A stretch of DNA of 42,086 bases, from assembly GCF_006345805.1 (NCBI RefSeq), contig NW_021835221.1, positions 1 through 42,086 on the forward strand, in the 5' to 3' direction. Positions 1-11,598 of the stretch are shown piece by piece. The notes under the pieces were generated by a model that was given only the letters and a program-made list of their open reading frames with translations, was not told the DNA's origin and did no database searches. Made by a program: the position numbers and the translations under genes. This stretch comes from Octopus sinensis (Eukaryota). Position 1 is the first letter of the stretch. Each line of letters opens with the position of its first letter.

Positions 1-480
1 TGACTATGTGGAAATGTGGACATCCTATGCATCTCTAATCTACTGTCCTACACAGTATCCTATCTAGATACGATCTCGACGACCCATGCGGTTGCTCCAA
101 TGTCCACGTTGGCGCTTCGGGTGGTCTAGTCGGAACCTGTCAGACAGTTAAAGCGTCTATAGATAGATGAGTAACTACGCAGGTGGTGGATAGAGACACC
201 CAGAGACAGGAAGCTGACGGGTTGGAATGATTAACAGCGGTTTGAGGAGTTTAGACTGACAGACAAACCAACTGCAATTATCAAAGCAATTTGTAGATAA
301 AAACTCCCTCTAGGACTGTTCAGTAAAAAAAAGAAACGACGGCCAAAAGAGATGTCTAATAAGATCACGTTTGGAATTTTTAGACATTGCATCTTGAATC
401 GGTTCTTCTGTTTAAAAACCAAGAGTTGAAAGCAGTGTTTTTTTTATATTCCATCTCGTCAGTGAAGAATGACCTGTTTA

Positions 481-721
481 TTCTTTTACTTGTTTCAGTC
501 ATATGACTGCGGCCATGCTAGAGCACCACCTTTAGTCGAACAACTCGACCCCCCCAGGAGTTATTCTTTGTAAGTCTGGTACTTATTATATCGGTCTCTG
601 TTGCCGAACCGCTATATTACGGGGACGTAAACACACCAACATCGGTTGCCAAGCGATGGTGAGGGACAAACACACACATACACACATTCAAATATACATA
701 CATAGAAGCCAGTCATAAATT

Positions 722-808
<87 letters not shown>

Positions 809-957
809 TAATCACGTGATCACGTGACCAACCAGGCTATCAGATTTTGCTACACATCGCTGGTCACAATGCGCTCAGCATTGTTTTAGCCTTCAATGAC
901 GCCACCTCGCTGGCTAAGCGAGCAGGCCATATATATATATATACTATATATATATAT

Positions 958-995
<38 letters not shown>

Positions 996-1167
996 GATAT
1001 ATATATTTTTATCGACAGGCCTCTTTCGGTTTCCGTCTACCAAATCCACTCAAGTTTTGGTCGGCCCGAGGCTATAGTGGAAGATACTTCCCCAAAGTGC
1101 CACGCACTGGGACTGAACTTAGAACCATGTCGTTGAGAAGCAAGCTTCTTACCATACAGTCACGCCT
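481..1167 (-). mobile_element. SINE family B (tRNA-like head, CORE-like segment, internal (TA)n/(TG)n, 3' tail), interrupted by a SINE C fragment
   Basis: Tail half 481-670 and head half 1013-1167 match the copies at 6025-6418, 11127-11522 and 34446-34822. The two halves are separated by microsatellite and a nested insertion. Confidence 0.85.
811..929 (-). mobile_element. 3' fragment of SINE family C nested in the internal microsatellite of SINE B
   Basis: Near-identical to 16066-16185 (gaccaaccaggctatcaga...gctaagcgagca). Flanked by (TA)n on both sides. Confidence 0.85.
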
Positions 1168-1349
1168 AATTAGCAAAACATAGAGGTCAATATACAGCAT
1201 GATACAGAATTAAATTTAGCATTTAAATACTATATGAATTTTTTATTATATTGTTACAGTTTTGTTTACATCTCTCTCTCTCTCTTTATATTTTATATGC
1301 ATGTATGCGCGTGCGTTTGTGTACGCGTGCCTGTGTGTTTTGTATGTGT

Positions 1350-1552
1350 GTGTATATGGGTTTGCTTACTATATTGTTTGTATTCGTGCCCTTTATATAG
1401 TTCGTTTTTGTTTCTTTCATTTATCTATTTATCTCTGTTTTTATATTTCATCTTATATATATGTATGTGTGTCTTTTGTGCGAGTGTATATGGGTTTGCT
1501 TATTATATTGTTTGCATCCGTGCCCTTTATATAGTTCGTTTTTGTTTCTTTT
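1350..1552. repeat. Direct duplication of a ~68-bp segment
   Basis: gtgtatatgggtttgctta.tatattgtttg...ccctttatatagttcgtttttgtttcttt occurs at ~1350-1418 and ~1484-1552. Confidence 0.85.
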
Positions 1553-1644
1553 AAAAATTCAAAAATACTTAATAGCGTTATGTTTATCATTCATGCAGTC
1601 ATCAAAATTGTTATAATGTCTTATTGTGGATATGGGTTCTCTTT

Positions 1645-1730
1645 CTTTCCTGATGAGAAGATTACATTATTTTTCACCGTTTATTCCTTTGGAATAAAAC
1701 CAATGTTGTCTTCGAAACATATGTCGAAAG
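1645..1730 (+). ncRNA. Type I hammerhead ribozyme motif with long stem II and palindromic stem III
   Basis: Stem I CTTTC(1645-49)/GAAAG(1726-30). Core CTGATGA(1650-56). Stem II GAAGAT.ACATT/AATGT.GTCTTC. GAAA(1714-17). Stem III ACATATGT is a palindrome. Cleavage triplet GTC(1723-25). Confidence 0.8.
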
Positions 1731-1775
1731 TAAAATAATTTGAATAACACCTGCGTTCAACTCCATTTATTTACT

Positions 1776-1814
<39 letters not shown>

Positions 1815-2026
1815 GTCCATTCTGACTTAATATTTACAATGATGTAATTATTGCATACAGTACTGCCATCACATCAGTATCTAAAAGTCTAAATAAAAGA
1901 ACTGAAGAATGAAATCGAACACTTACGTTTCGTTTTACTCGGAGGACGTCATCATTACACATGTTTCGGCTATCATTCCAATCCTATAATAATAATAATA
2001 ATAATATAATAATAATAATAATAATA

Positions 2027-2060
<34 letters not shown>

Positions 2061-2063
<3 letters not shown>

Positions 2064-3075
2064 CTTTATTAACCACAAGGGTTTACATGAAGAGAAGCAT
2101 TATGCACAGCACATGACAAAACAAAGAATGTGTGTGTGTGTAGTTGTGAGGGTCTTGCATGTAAACAAGACCAACAAAATTATCAAACATAGAAAGAAAT
2201 CAATCAATAATGTGTATTCTTCAATAGGGAGGAGACGTTTGAGGGCTGCTCTTGGAAAAACCCCATACAAAAACCATGGATACTCTGAGTTTTGGGACAG
2301 GTGCCTCTTTTGCTTTCCTTTTTCCCCAAACTACTGGCGTAAGCTCAGGGTAGGGCTGTTCACCCGCACCATTCTCGCCACTTTCTTTCACCTTTCAGCA
2401 AACTGGCCAGAAGGCAACACTTCCCTCTTGACCTTTATTTTCCTTTTCAAGTGAAACTTGAAGAAGTTCATCAATGGATTGGCCAAAGAGAAAAGTATTT
2501 GTCTTAAGACCCCTTCAACCTCATCCTCAATACAACCGCTTTCGCCATGACCACCGGGCATAGAAACACAGGCTTTCCTTCCCGGTTAAAGGAAGGTGGT
2601 GGAACGATCTTCACGATGGATTCAGTTGACAGCCAGACCCATCCCATACGTGACGGCAAATGTTTGACAAACCCACAGGTCAGCAATACTCGGGCACTGG
2701 ATGAGTGTATGCGGAACCATCTCGTCGTCCATGCTCGGCTGATGGCACTTCCGTGCCTGTAAAGTTTATCTCGAACAGGCAAGGCTCCCCGGTAACACTG
2801 CTCGGCCACAGATTTTTGGAAATTATCCATTGATCCCGGCCCGAAAGTTCTCCGGAAAAGAGTGACTAGCTGATCTTCTTCGAAGCCCAAGGGTCCCACA
2901 AGAACGTCGTTGCACTTTTCCTGCACTAATCCTCTGTAAAAAGCTAAAGTAGACGTTCCACCTATTGCATTGTATGATTGATTGGGGGCTGTGAGCGTTT
3001 GAAGACATTCCACTTTCTAAATGCGACCCCTCGGTCTGACTTTTACCTAGGACTGCAGTTCCGTTAGAGAAACTA
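2061..3075 (-). mobile_element. 5'-truncated Tx1/L1-clade LINE: decayed ORF2 C-terminal zinc-finger region plus 3' UTR
   Basis: Minus strand reads QCYRGALPVRDKLYRHGS then, after a frameshift, DEMVPHTLIQCPSIADLW (zf-RVT-like). The 3' end cccttgtggttaataaagaaa runs into (CAT)n. Confidence 0.75.
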
Positions 3076-3165
3076 GCTGCAGAAATATATGTCAGGTCAA
3101 GGAAACATGTCTGCGCATCATTAGCTACGTCTAACTACGTCTTATCATTAACTACGTCTTATTTC

Positions 3166-3680
3166 ATGATAAGTGGTACAGAGGACGTAATAAATGGCGA
3201 GGGTGTCACCACCCTTTGGAACTTCCTAATGCAAACAGAGAAAAATTGACTCCAATCGACCAGACATTGTGATCAAGGACTAAAACAGAGGAACTTGTCT
3301 GGTAATAGATATGTCTGTCCCCACCAAGAGCAAAATGTCTCATGAAAAGAATACGAAAAGCTTTCTCGCTATGAAGATCTGCAAATTGAAATTATAAAAA
3401 TTTGGAAGCTTAGTACTACGATAATACCAGTAGTAATTGGTGCGTTGGGAATGATGAAGAATGGAGCTGGGAAATATATTAAGCAACTCCCTGGTAACTC
3501 CAATCTCTATGAACTACAAAAGATAACCTTGATTGGTATAGCCCATATACTACGGAAACCATTCTCCATCTAAAATGGAATAAATGTGGAGATAATTTTA
3601 GCATTCATAGCAAAACAAAAGTGTTCTTGCTACTCTTGGCCTCCGGAGGATGCCCGGTACTAAGGCAGCTGACATAAAAT
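3166..3680 (+). mobile_element. 3' fragment of an R4/Dong-like non-LTR retrotransposon (RLE domain, pseudogenised) with 3' UTR
   Basis: Reads, with frameshifts and a stop: DKWY..TLWNFLMQTE.KIDSNRPDIVIKD*NRGTCLVIDMSVP..EKLSRYEDLQIEIIKIWKLSTTIIPVVIGALG..LQKITLIGIAHILRKPFSI* (stop 3571-73). This is the PD..D RLE motif. Followed by (TAA)n. Confidence 0.85.
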
Positions 3681-3730
3681 TATAATGAAAGGAAACCATA
3701 AATGCTGATGATGAAGATAATATAATAATA

Positions 3731-3765
<35 letters not shown>

Positions 3766-3807
3766 TAATAATATGATAATAATAATAATGATAATAATAA
3801 TGATAAT

Positions 3808-4314
3808 AACTGATTGGAAGTGTTATCATGTACATTGTTTTGTCTTGGTATAAAAGATGGGCTACAGCAAATATTCTGCTCAATACCACAGATTTGCTTG
3901 TCAGTTGTTTGACCTTAACCAGTTGAGCATGACCCTTAGTGGCTGACGATATGTGCATCTCTGATCACGAGCAGAAGTAGTGGAGGAGCATCATAGCCAT
4001 GTGTTGAGAAGGATTCTTTGGGGTTTGAATAATTCACCTCTGGAACATGGGTTTTTCGTTCAACGTCCTTAACAACACCCTTATTCAGGGACCTTTTGAG
4101 CGGGATGGTTACTCGATCTGAAGAAAATTCTAACTGGGCTCCACCTGCAAGGTCATGTGCTGTTTATCTAGATATGAGATCACCATGTCGCGCACATATG
4201 GTTGTGATGCATGTGCCTGGTGTACCCTTATCAGACGGGTAGTCATGATGGGTATCTGGCTTCGTATATTTTACCCCAGTGTCACTTTGATGCATGCTCT
4301 GCTCGCCGCTCAAT
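3808..4314 (+). mobile_element. Non-coding repeat family D, copy 1 (probable 3' end of a retroelement, in (TAA)n)
   Basis: Highly similar to 4406-4950 and to the reverse complement of 19207-19421. All share the same 3' end and run into (AAT)n. Confidence 0.75.
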
Positions 4315-4367
4315 CAATATGATAATAATAATAATATAATAATAATAATAATAATAATATAATAATA

Positions 4368-4399
<32 letters not shown>

Positions 4400-4405
4400 A
4401 ATAAT

Positions 4406-4950
4406 AAGTACCAGACAGTGGCTGTCATCGCTTCCGATCTTAACTGATTTGAAGTGTTATCATGTACATTGTTTTGTCTTGGTATAAAAGATGGGCTACA
4501 GCAAATATTCTGCTCAATACCACAGATTTGCTTGTCAGTTGTTTGACCTTAACCAGTTGAGCATGTCCCTTAGTAGCTGATGATATGTGCATCTCTGATC
4601 ACGAGCAGAAGTAGTGGGGGAGCATCATAGCCATGTGTTGAGAGAAATTCTTGGAGGTTTGGATAATCTACTTCTGGAAACATAGGTGTTTCATTCAACA
4701 TCCTTAAACAACCCTTATTCAGGGACCTTTTGAGCGGGTTGGGCTACTCGACCTGAAGAAAATTCTAAGTGGGCCCCACCTGCAAGGTCATGTGCTGTTT
4801 ATCTTCATATGAGATCACCATGTCGCGCACATATGGTTGTGATGCATGTGCCTGGTGTACCCTTATCAGACGGGTAGTCATGATGGGTATATTGGGCTTT
4901 ATATATTTTACCCCGATGTCACTTTGATGGCATGAACTGCTCTCTCACTC
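4406..4950 (+). mobile_element. Non-coding repeat family D, copy 2
   Basis: Tandem copy of 3808-4314, extending ~35 bp further 5'. (TAA)n/(TGA)n on both sides. Confidence 0.75.
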
Positions 4951-4992
<42 letters not shown>

Positions 4993-4993
4993 G

Positions 4994-5214
4994 ATCTTTT
5001 CTGCTATAAGCACAAAGCCAGACATTTTGGGGAGAGGGGACGGTAGTCGATTACATCGACCTCAGATCGCAACTTGTGCTTATTCAATCGCTTCCGAAAC
5101 AGTGAAAGTTAAAATCGACCTCGGTGGAATTTGAACGCAGAACATAAAGGCCTGTTAGAAATGCTGCTAAGCATTTTGTCCGATGTGCTAACGATTCTGC
5201 CAGCTCACTGCCTT
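4994..5214 (-). mobile_element. SINE family A, alternative-tail subfamily (A2), diverged
   Basis: Minus-strand head aaggcagtgagctggcagaatcgttagca and B-box gttcaaattcc. Tail resembles that of 18800-18985 and ends in (ATT)n. Confidence 0.75.
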
Positions 5215-5252
5215 CGATAATAATAATGATAATAATAATAATAATAATAATG

Positions 5253-5292
<40 letters not shown>

Positions 5293-6024
5293 TAATAATG
5301 ATGATGATGATGACGATGATAATAGTAATAATAATAATAACTGTTTTATTTGTTGTTTCTTTTTACTTATTTTTGAAGTGTGTCTTGTTTTAATGAAGCG
5401 ACATGATTTAAACATGGCATCTTAAGAAAATGCATTGACTCCGACGCTCCACCGATTCTGCCAAGACATTGGTGTGGTGATAATAAATATAAATAAGCTA
5501 TGGCCATTTCTATAATCGTTGCACAATTATAATCTTTTATGATATTTCGTTGTTTATTCGTAGAATTACAATCTGAAGAACATTCACAAGAGAAAATGCA
5601 TTATATTCTATTGTCGTAAAAATAAAATATGGATAACATTATAATTGCTTATTATTTTTAACTCATAATAATTACTTCAATTTTTTTTTATTTCATTTTA
5701 AAAAGACATGCAAAGACTTGTTTATTGAACGAAATCTCGTTCTCTCGGTGACTTGCGGCTAGAATAAGATCTGCGATTCTGTGTAGAACTGAAAATCAGC
5801 TGCAGAACGCACTTTTGGAATATTAAGAATTGCATCCCAGTTGTTTTACGTCATGCTTGTGGCCATGTTTGGGAATTTTACAACTTGGAGAATGAAACAA
5901 TTTTGAAGAAAATCCTCTTTCATTTCTATTTTTCTTAGATTGGTTTTAACCATACGCAACCGCCGAAAAGTTGTACCAAATATAATACACGAGTTTTTTT
6001 ATAATGAACCTTTTTTACTCTTTG

Positions 6025-6214
6025 ACTCTTTTTATTTGTTTCAGTCATTTGACTGTGGCCATGCTGGAGCACCGCCTTTTAGTCGAGCAAATCGACCCCC
6101 AGGACTTTTTTAAGCCGAGTACTTTATTCTATCGGTCTCTTTTGCCGAACCGCTAAGTTACGAGGACGTAAACACACCAGCATCGGTTGTCAAGCGATGT
6201 TGGGGGGACAAACT

Positions 6215-6253
<39 letters not shown>

Positions 6254-6418
6254 GCATGTATACGACGGGCTTCTTTCGGTTTCCGTCTACCACATCCACT
6301 CATATGGCTGTGGTCGGTCCGAGGCTATAGAAGAAGACACTTGCCCAGGGTGCCACGCAGTGGGACTGAACCCGAAATCATGTGGTTGGTAAGCAAGCTA
6401 CTTGCCACACAACCACGT
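6025..6418 (-). mobile_element. SINE family B, near full length
   Basis: Minus strand: A-box-like tggttgtgtgg, B-box-like ggttcagtccc, CORE-like accctgggcaagtgtctt, internal (TA)(TG)n, tail ggcggtgctccagcatggccacagtcaaatgactgaaaca. Confidence 0.9.
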
Positions 6419-7024
6419 ATGGAGCAGGAATAAATTGTCATATTTTCCCAGAACAAGGTTACAGAGTTTTTTTGAGGATGAAGTGTCGTTGATTCCTTAA
6501 CTCTTGATCGTATCGACCCCAGAGTGTATCGACCCCAGGAAGAAGAAACGATCAAAGTTAATCTCGCTAGAATTTGAAGTACGAATGTAAAAGATGATAA
6601 TTGAATATTAATTAGAGAATTAAATGAAACTATGCGTCTATGAGGGTTTCTAGCTATAGCACGAAATTTAAAATGTTTTGAGGGGGTTTTAGAGAGGTAA
6701 ATCCTCAAAGAATTAGAAGACAGACTCCAAAAACAAAAAAAAAAAGCATAATGAATGATGACAAAATTTTTATGAGATTTTATAATGATTCCAGTATCCG
6801 AATGTTTGCCAATTTAGCCTCCATCCTTTCCACCGTTTCCAGGATTGGGATTGTCCTGAGAACTGCATCTTCCTGTTCTTTTGTTGTTACCGTTGCTTCT
6901 TCCTAGACCAGGCTCTCTTCGGAGCGATTCCCACTCTTTTCGGCCAAAAGTATTTCAATGACCTTTAACCTGCCACATTGTTAAGCAGTTGCCCTACAAA
7001 GAACTTCGGAACTGTTTGAAAGGT

Positions 7025-7210
7025 ACAGGGAGAGGAGGGGAGAAAGGCAGAGAGAAAGAGAGAGAGGAGGAAGTGAGAGAGAGAGAGAGAGAGAGAGAAA
7101 CAGACAAACCGAGAAAGAGAGACAGGATGGGGAGAGAAGAGGGAAGAGGAGGTGGAGAAAGAAGAAGAAGAAGAAGAAGAACAAGAAGAAGAAGAAGAAG
7201 AAGAAGAATG
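7025..7210. repeat. Purine-rich tract with (GA)n and (GAA)n
   Basis: Seen directly in the sequence. Confidence 0.9.
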
Positions 7211-7770
7211 AATGAAATTAGGAGGTTTGCATTAAATACTCAAATAGTCTGTTGAGATTTCTGTAAATCATTCTAAGCCGTGGGAATGTTGGAATATTTG
7301 TTGTTGATCTAAAATCGAAATTTCGAGAGATTTATTTTCCCTCCCAACTCCGATATTCAATTTTTATAGATATTGATGACTTCAGGAACAGACCTGTACA
7401 AAATTACTCATTGATTAAGTCAGCGTTTTTTTTAAATATCTGATGATGTCAACGAATGAACTTGGAAATAGTGAGTCGACCTGAGTTAGAAGCCAAAATC
7501 GCCCTTCTATAATATCCTGCTGCCTAAAAGAGGGGAAGATACTTTAAGATAATGTAGGCTGGGTAGCATTAGGCCTTAAAAAGGATGTTAATTTTCTTTA
7601 AAAATCTCTCCATGTAGGGCGAGTATTCCTTTAATTCAGGGGAAAAAAGTGGGGGCCGAATTCATTTTATAGAGATTCGACATTTACATAAGATTGGAAG
7701 TGTAGAGTGAAACATAATGAAGTTGTAATTAAATATGGCGTAATTTAGTTGTAGTTAAATATGTAATTTA

Positions 7771-7989
7771 AGGCGGCGAGCTGGCAGAAACGTTAGCACG
7801 CCGGGTGTATTTTGTCTGCCGTTACGTTCTGAGTTCAAATTCCGCCGAGGTCGACTTTGCCTTTCATCCTTTTGGGGTCGATAAATTAGGTACCAGTTAC
7901 GTGCTAGGGTCGATGTAATCGACTTAATCCGTTTGTCTGTCCTTGTTTGTCCCCTCTGTGTTTAGCCCCTTGTGGGTAGTAAAGAAATA
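7771..7989 (+). mobile_element. SINE family A (tRNA-derived head, Tx1-like tail) with a 12-bp target-site duplication
   Basis: Head ggcggcgagctggcagaaacgttagc, B-box gagttcaaattcc, tail gccccttgtgggtagtaaagaaat. AAATATGTAATT at 7757-7768 and 7985-7996. Confidence 0.9.
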
Positions 7990-8323
7990 TGTAATTAAAT
8001 ATGACGCTAATGAGAGAAGGAGATGGAGTGACAAAAAAGGAGTCAATAAAACGAAATAAGTTGAAATGGTAATAAAAGGATCGTTTGAATAATAAAAATA
8101 AAGGAAACTACAAAGAGCAGGAAATTGTTAAGAACAGATTTCAATGGATTTGAAGGGATTATTCTGTTGAAAAGCGACGAAGAAAGAGTTTATTTCGCCA
8201 AAATTGTTGGAGGAGAGCTTTGGTCGTTGAAGTTGCAGAAGATTCAATACAGTCTCCTCTATTTGAATACTTTGGTCGTAAACGTATTGAACCAATTTTG
8301 GATTGGGAGTTATATATATATAA

Positions 8324-9093
8324 CTATTTCTTTACTACCCACAAGGGGCTAAACACAGAGAGGACAAACAAGGACAGACAAACGGATTAAGTCGATTATA
8401 TCGACCTCAGTGCGTAACTGGTACTTATTGAATCGACCCCGAAAGGATGAAAGCAAAGTCGACCTCGCAGGAATTTGAACTCAGAACGTAACAACAGATG
8501 AAATACCTATTTCTTTATTGCCCACAAGGGGCTAAACATAGAGGGGACAAACAAGGATAGGCAAACGGATTAAGTCGATTATATCGACCCCAGTACGTAA
8601 CTGGTACTTAATTTATCGACCCCGAAAGGATAAAGCAAGTCGACCGTCGCAGGAATTTGAACTCAGAACGTAACAACAGATGAAATACCTATTTCTTACT
8701 ACCCTACCCCCACAAGGGCTAAACACAGAGAGGACAAACAGGACAGACAAACGGATTAAGTCGATTATATCGACCCAGTGCGTAACTGGTACTTAATTTA
8801 TCGACCCCGAAAGGATGAAAGGCAAAGTCCACCTCGCAGGAATTTGAACTCAGAACGTAGCGGCAGACGAAATATCTATTTCTTTATTGCCCACAAGGTG
8901 CTAAACATAGAGGGGACAAACAAGGACAGGCAAACGGATTAAGTCGATTATATCGACTCCAGTGCGTAACTGATACTTATTGAATCGACCCCGAAAGGAT
9001 GAAAGGCAAAGTCGACCTCGGCGGAATTTGAACTCAGAACGTAACGGCTGACGAAATACGGCTACGCATTTCGCCCGACGTGCTAACGCTTCT
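8324..9093 (-). mobile_element. Head-to-tail tandem array of four SINE A units (~182-187 bp period)
   Basis: Units begin (plus coordinates) at ~8324, 8507, 8689 and 8876. Only the last carries most of the tRNA 5' head. Confidence 0.9.
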
Positions 9094-9302
9094 AACGCCT
9101 GATTAGCTCTACTCCGAATTGAACCCACGCATTAAGTGTTGTGACTACTGACCCAAAAGAGCACCAGTGTCAGGATGCAAACTGATGGACTTTCGAGCTT
9201 TTATATTCAGCATCCCTAAGCATTATATACGATGCTGTAACGATTCAACCAATCAATTGGCTGCGTTGTAACTGGGGCGGACAAAAAATTCTTCTAAACG
9301 AT

Positions 9303-9610
9303 GCGCCAGCATGGCCACAGTCTAATGATTGAAACAAGTAAATGATAAAAGTATGTATGTATGTAGATATGTGTGTGTGTGTGTGTGTGTATGAACGTAT
9401 CTTTCTATCTTTTACTTGTTTCAGTTATTAGGTTGCGACCATGCTGGGGCACTGCTTCGACGAGTTTTAGTCGAACTAACCGACACAAGTACTTTTTATT
9501 TTTATATAAGTCTGCAATTGATGTATCTATCTGTTTTGCCGAAACGCCAAATTACAGGGATGTAAACACACCAGCACCGGTTGTCAAGCAGTCGCGCGGG
9601 GACAAACACA
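9303..9610. mobile_element. Two diverged SINE B tail fragments, tail-to-tail (+ 9303-9345; - 9405-9610)
   Basis: gcgccagcatggccacagtctaatgattgaaacaagtaaa on plus; ttttacttgtttcagttattagg...gggacaaaca is the opposite-orientation copy. Confidence 0.7.
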
Positions 9611-9636
9611 AACAGAAAGAAGTACACATGCACACA

Positions 9637-9676
<40 letters not shown>

Positions 9677-9679
9677 AGT

Positions 9680-9772
9680 TAGATAGATAGACAGACAGAC
9701 GGGTAAATAGATAGATAGAAGATAGATAGATAGATAGATAGACAGATAGATAGATAGATAGATAGATAGATC

Positions 9773-9818
<46 letters not shown>

Positions 9819-9917
9819 GATAGAAGATAGATGGATGGATGGATGATGATAGATTAGATAGATAGATAGATAGATAATTTAGATAGATAATAGATAGATA
9901 GATAGATAGATAGATAT
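9680..9917. repeat. (GATA)n microsatellite, resuming at 10315-10400
   Basis: Seen directly in the sequence. Confidence 0.95.
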
Positions 9918-10312
9918 GTTTCTTTATTAGCCACACAGGGCTGCACACAGATATAACAATTACAAGGTAGAGCTTTTCTTTGAAGGTTTAAAAATAAAAA
10001 ATAAAAAAAAAAAATTAAAAAAAAAATAAGAAAAAATAAAATAAAATAAAAATAAAATAAAAAGGGGGTGTTCGATCAAAAGGGATCGTAAAAGGGAGAA
10101 AGAGGACAAAAAAAAAGGGGGTTAAAAAAAAGGGGGAGAGGAAAAAAATTGATCAATAGTGATCGTTATCACGAAATGTCAATAAGAGTGTAAAGGGGGG
10201 GACAGGTGGGGTTTACAACCCGTGGAAAGAAAAGCTACGGAAAAGACCACGGTAACCTCGTCAATGAAGTCACATGTTTTTTCTTTTTTTTTTTTTTTTT
10301 TGCAAATAAGCA
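9918..10312 (-). mobile_element. 3' UTR fragment of a Tx1-like LINE embedded in (GATA)n
   Basis: Minus-strand 3' end gcagccctgtgtggctaataaagaaac resembles the end of the 2061-3075 LINE. The body is pyrimidine-rich on minus and GATA repeats lie on both sides. Confidence 0.6.
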
Positions 10313-10326
10313 ACGATAGATAGAAC

Positions 10327-10401
<75 letters not shown>

Positions 10402-11075
10402 CCACAATTTCTGCTTCGAATACCATCCTACTTTATCCCTAAAAATCGGGGATAGTCGAAGCGGGAATACTTTTCACGGTGGACTTTGTTGATCACCGTT
10501 TAATCAGTGCTTAACAATAAGATTGACAACAACAATACACAATCATAAATTAAACTCAAACTTCGTCTTTTGTGACAAAAACTTTTCCGATCGATTCTTG
10601 TAAACAAAGCTATAAACAGCAAGAGTTATTCCCCTTAGATGTATGCAATATTTTTAAGCACCGCCCCCTATCCATAGTAGGCGTGTCTATATGTTATTGT
10701 TAACGCCTACATTGTTAATGCCTTGATACGCACCTTCAGCTCTCTCTTTGTCTCCTTTCTCACTTGACTCCGCCCAGTTTTTTCTTTCTGCTTCTTACAA
10801 CTTTTACACGCAACCGTAAACACAGAATTCGCAAAGGCTCAGATATTTATACAGGTTATCCATTCCTTGTATGTGACTGCGCGTGCGTGCGTATGTGCTT
10901 CTGTGTGCGTGTCTCTGTGTGTGCGTGTCTTTGTGTGTGTTTCTGTGTGTGTGTTTCTGTGTGTGAGTTTCTGTGTGTGTGTGTATGTGTGTTTCTGTGT
11001 GTGTGTGTTTCTGTGTGTGAGTTTCTGTGTGTGTGTGCATGTGCGCGCTCAAACCAACACAAATGTACATACTTA

Positions 11076-11119
<44 letters not shown>

Positions 11120-11126
11120 TATTTTA

Positions 11127-11522
11127 TTCTTTATTTGTTTCAGTCATTTGACTGCGGCCACGCTGGAGCACCGCCTTTAGTCGAGCAAATTGACCCCAAG
11201 ACTTATTCTTTGTAAGCCTAGTACTTATTCTATCGGTCTATTTTTGCCGGACCGCTGGATAACGGGGAAGTAAACACACCAGCATCGCTCGTCAAGCGAT
11301 ATTGGGAGGTAGACATAGACACACACACACACACACAGACACACACATACACACACATTAACATACATACACACACACATTCATATTCAACGGGCTTCTT
11401 TCAGTTTCCGTCTTCCGTTCAGTTTCACTCACAAGGCTTTGGTCGGCTCGAGGCTATGGTAGAAGATACTTGCTCAAGGTGTCACGCAGTGAGACTGAAC
11501 CCAGAACAGCCTTACCTGTGCA
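11127..11522 (-). mobile_element. SINE family B with partial head deletion
   Basis: Matches 6025-6418 along its length. Confidence 0.85.
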
Positions 11523-11556
11523 TATATTTTTATGTATGTATGTATACACACACACG

Positions 11557-11598
<42 letters not shown>

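Noticed and set aside
1915-1975. Minus-strand GAAACATGT and ATGATGA...GAAACGTA motifs
   Set aside because: Core C3 is missing and no stem I pairs. At most hammerhead debris.
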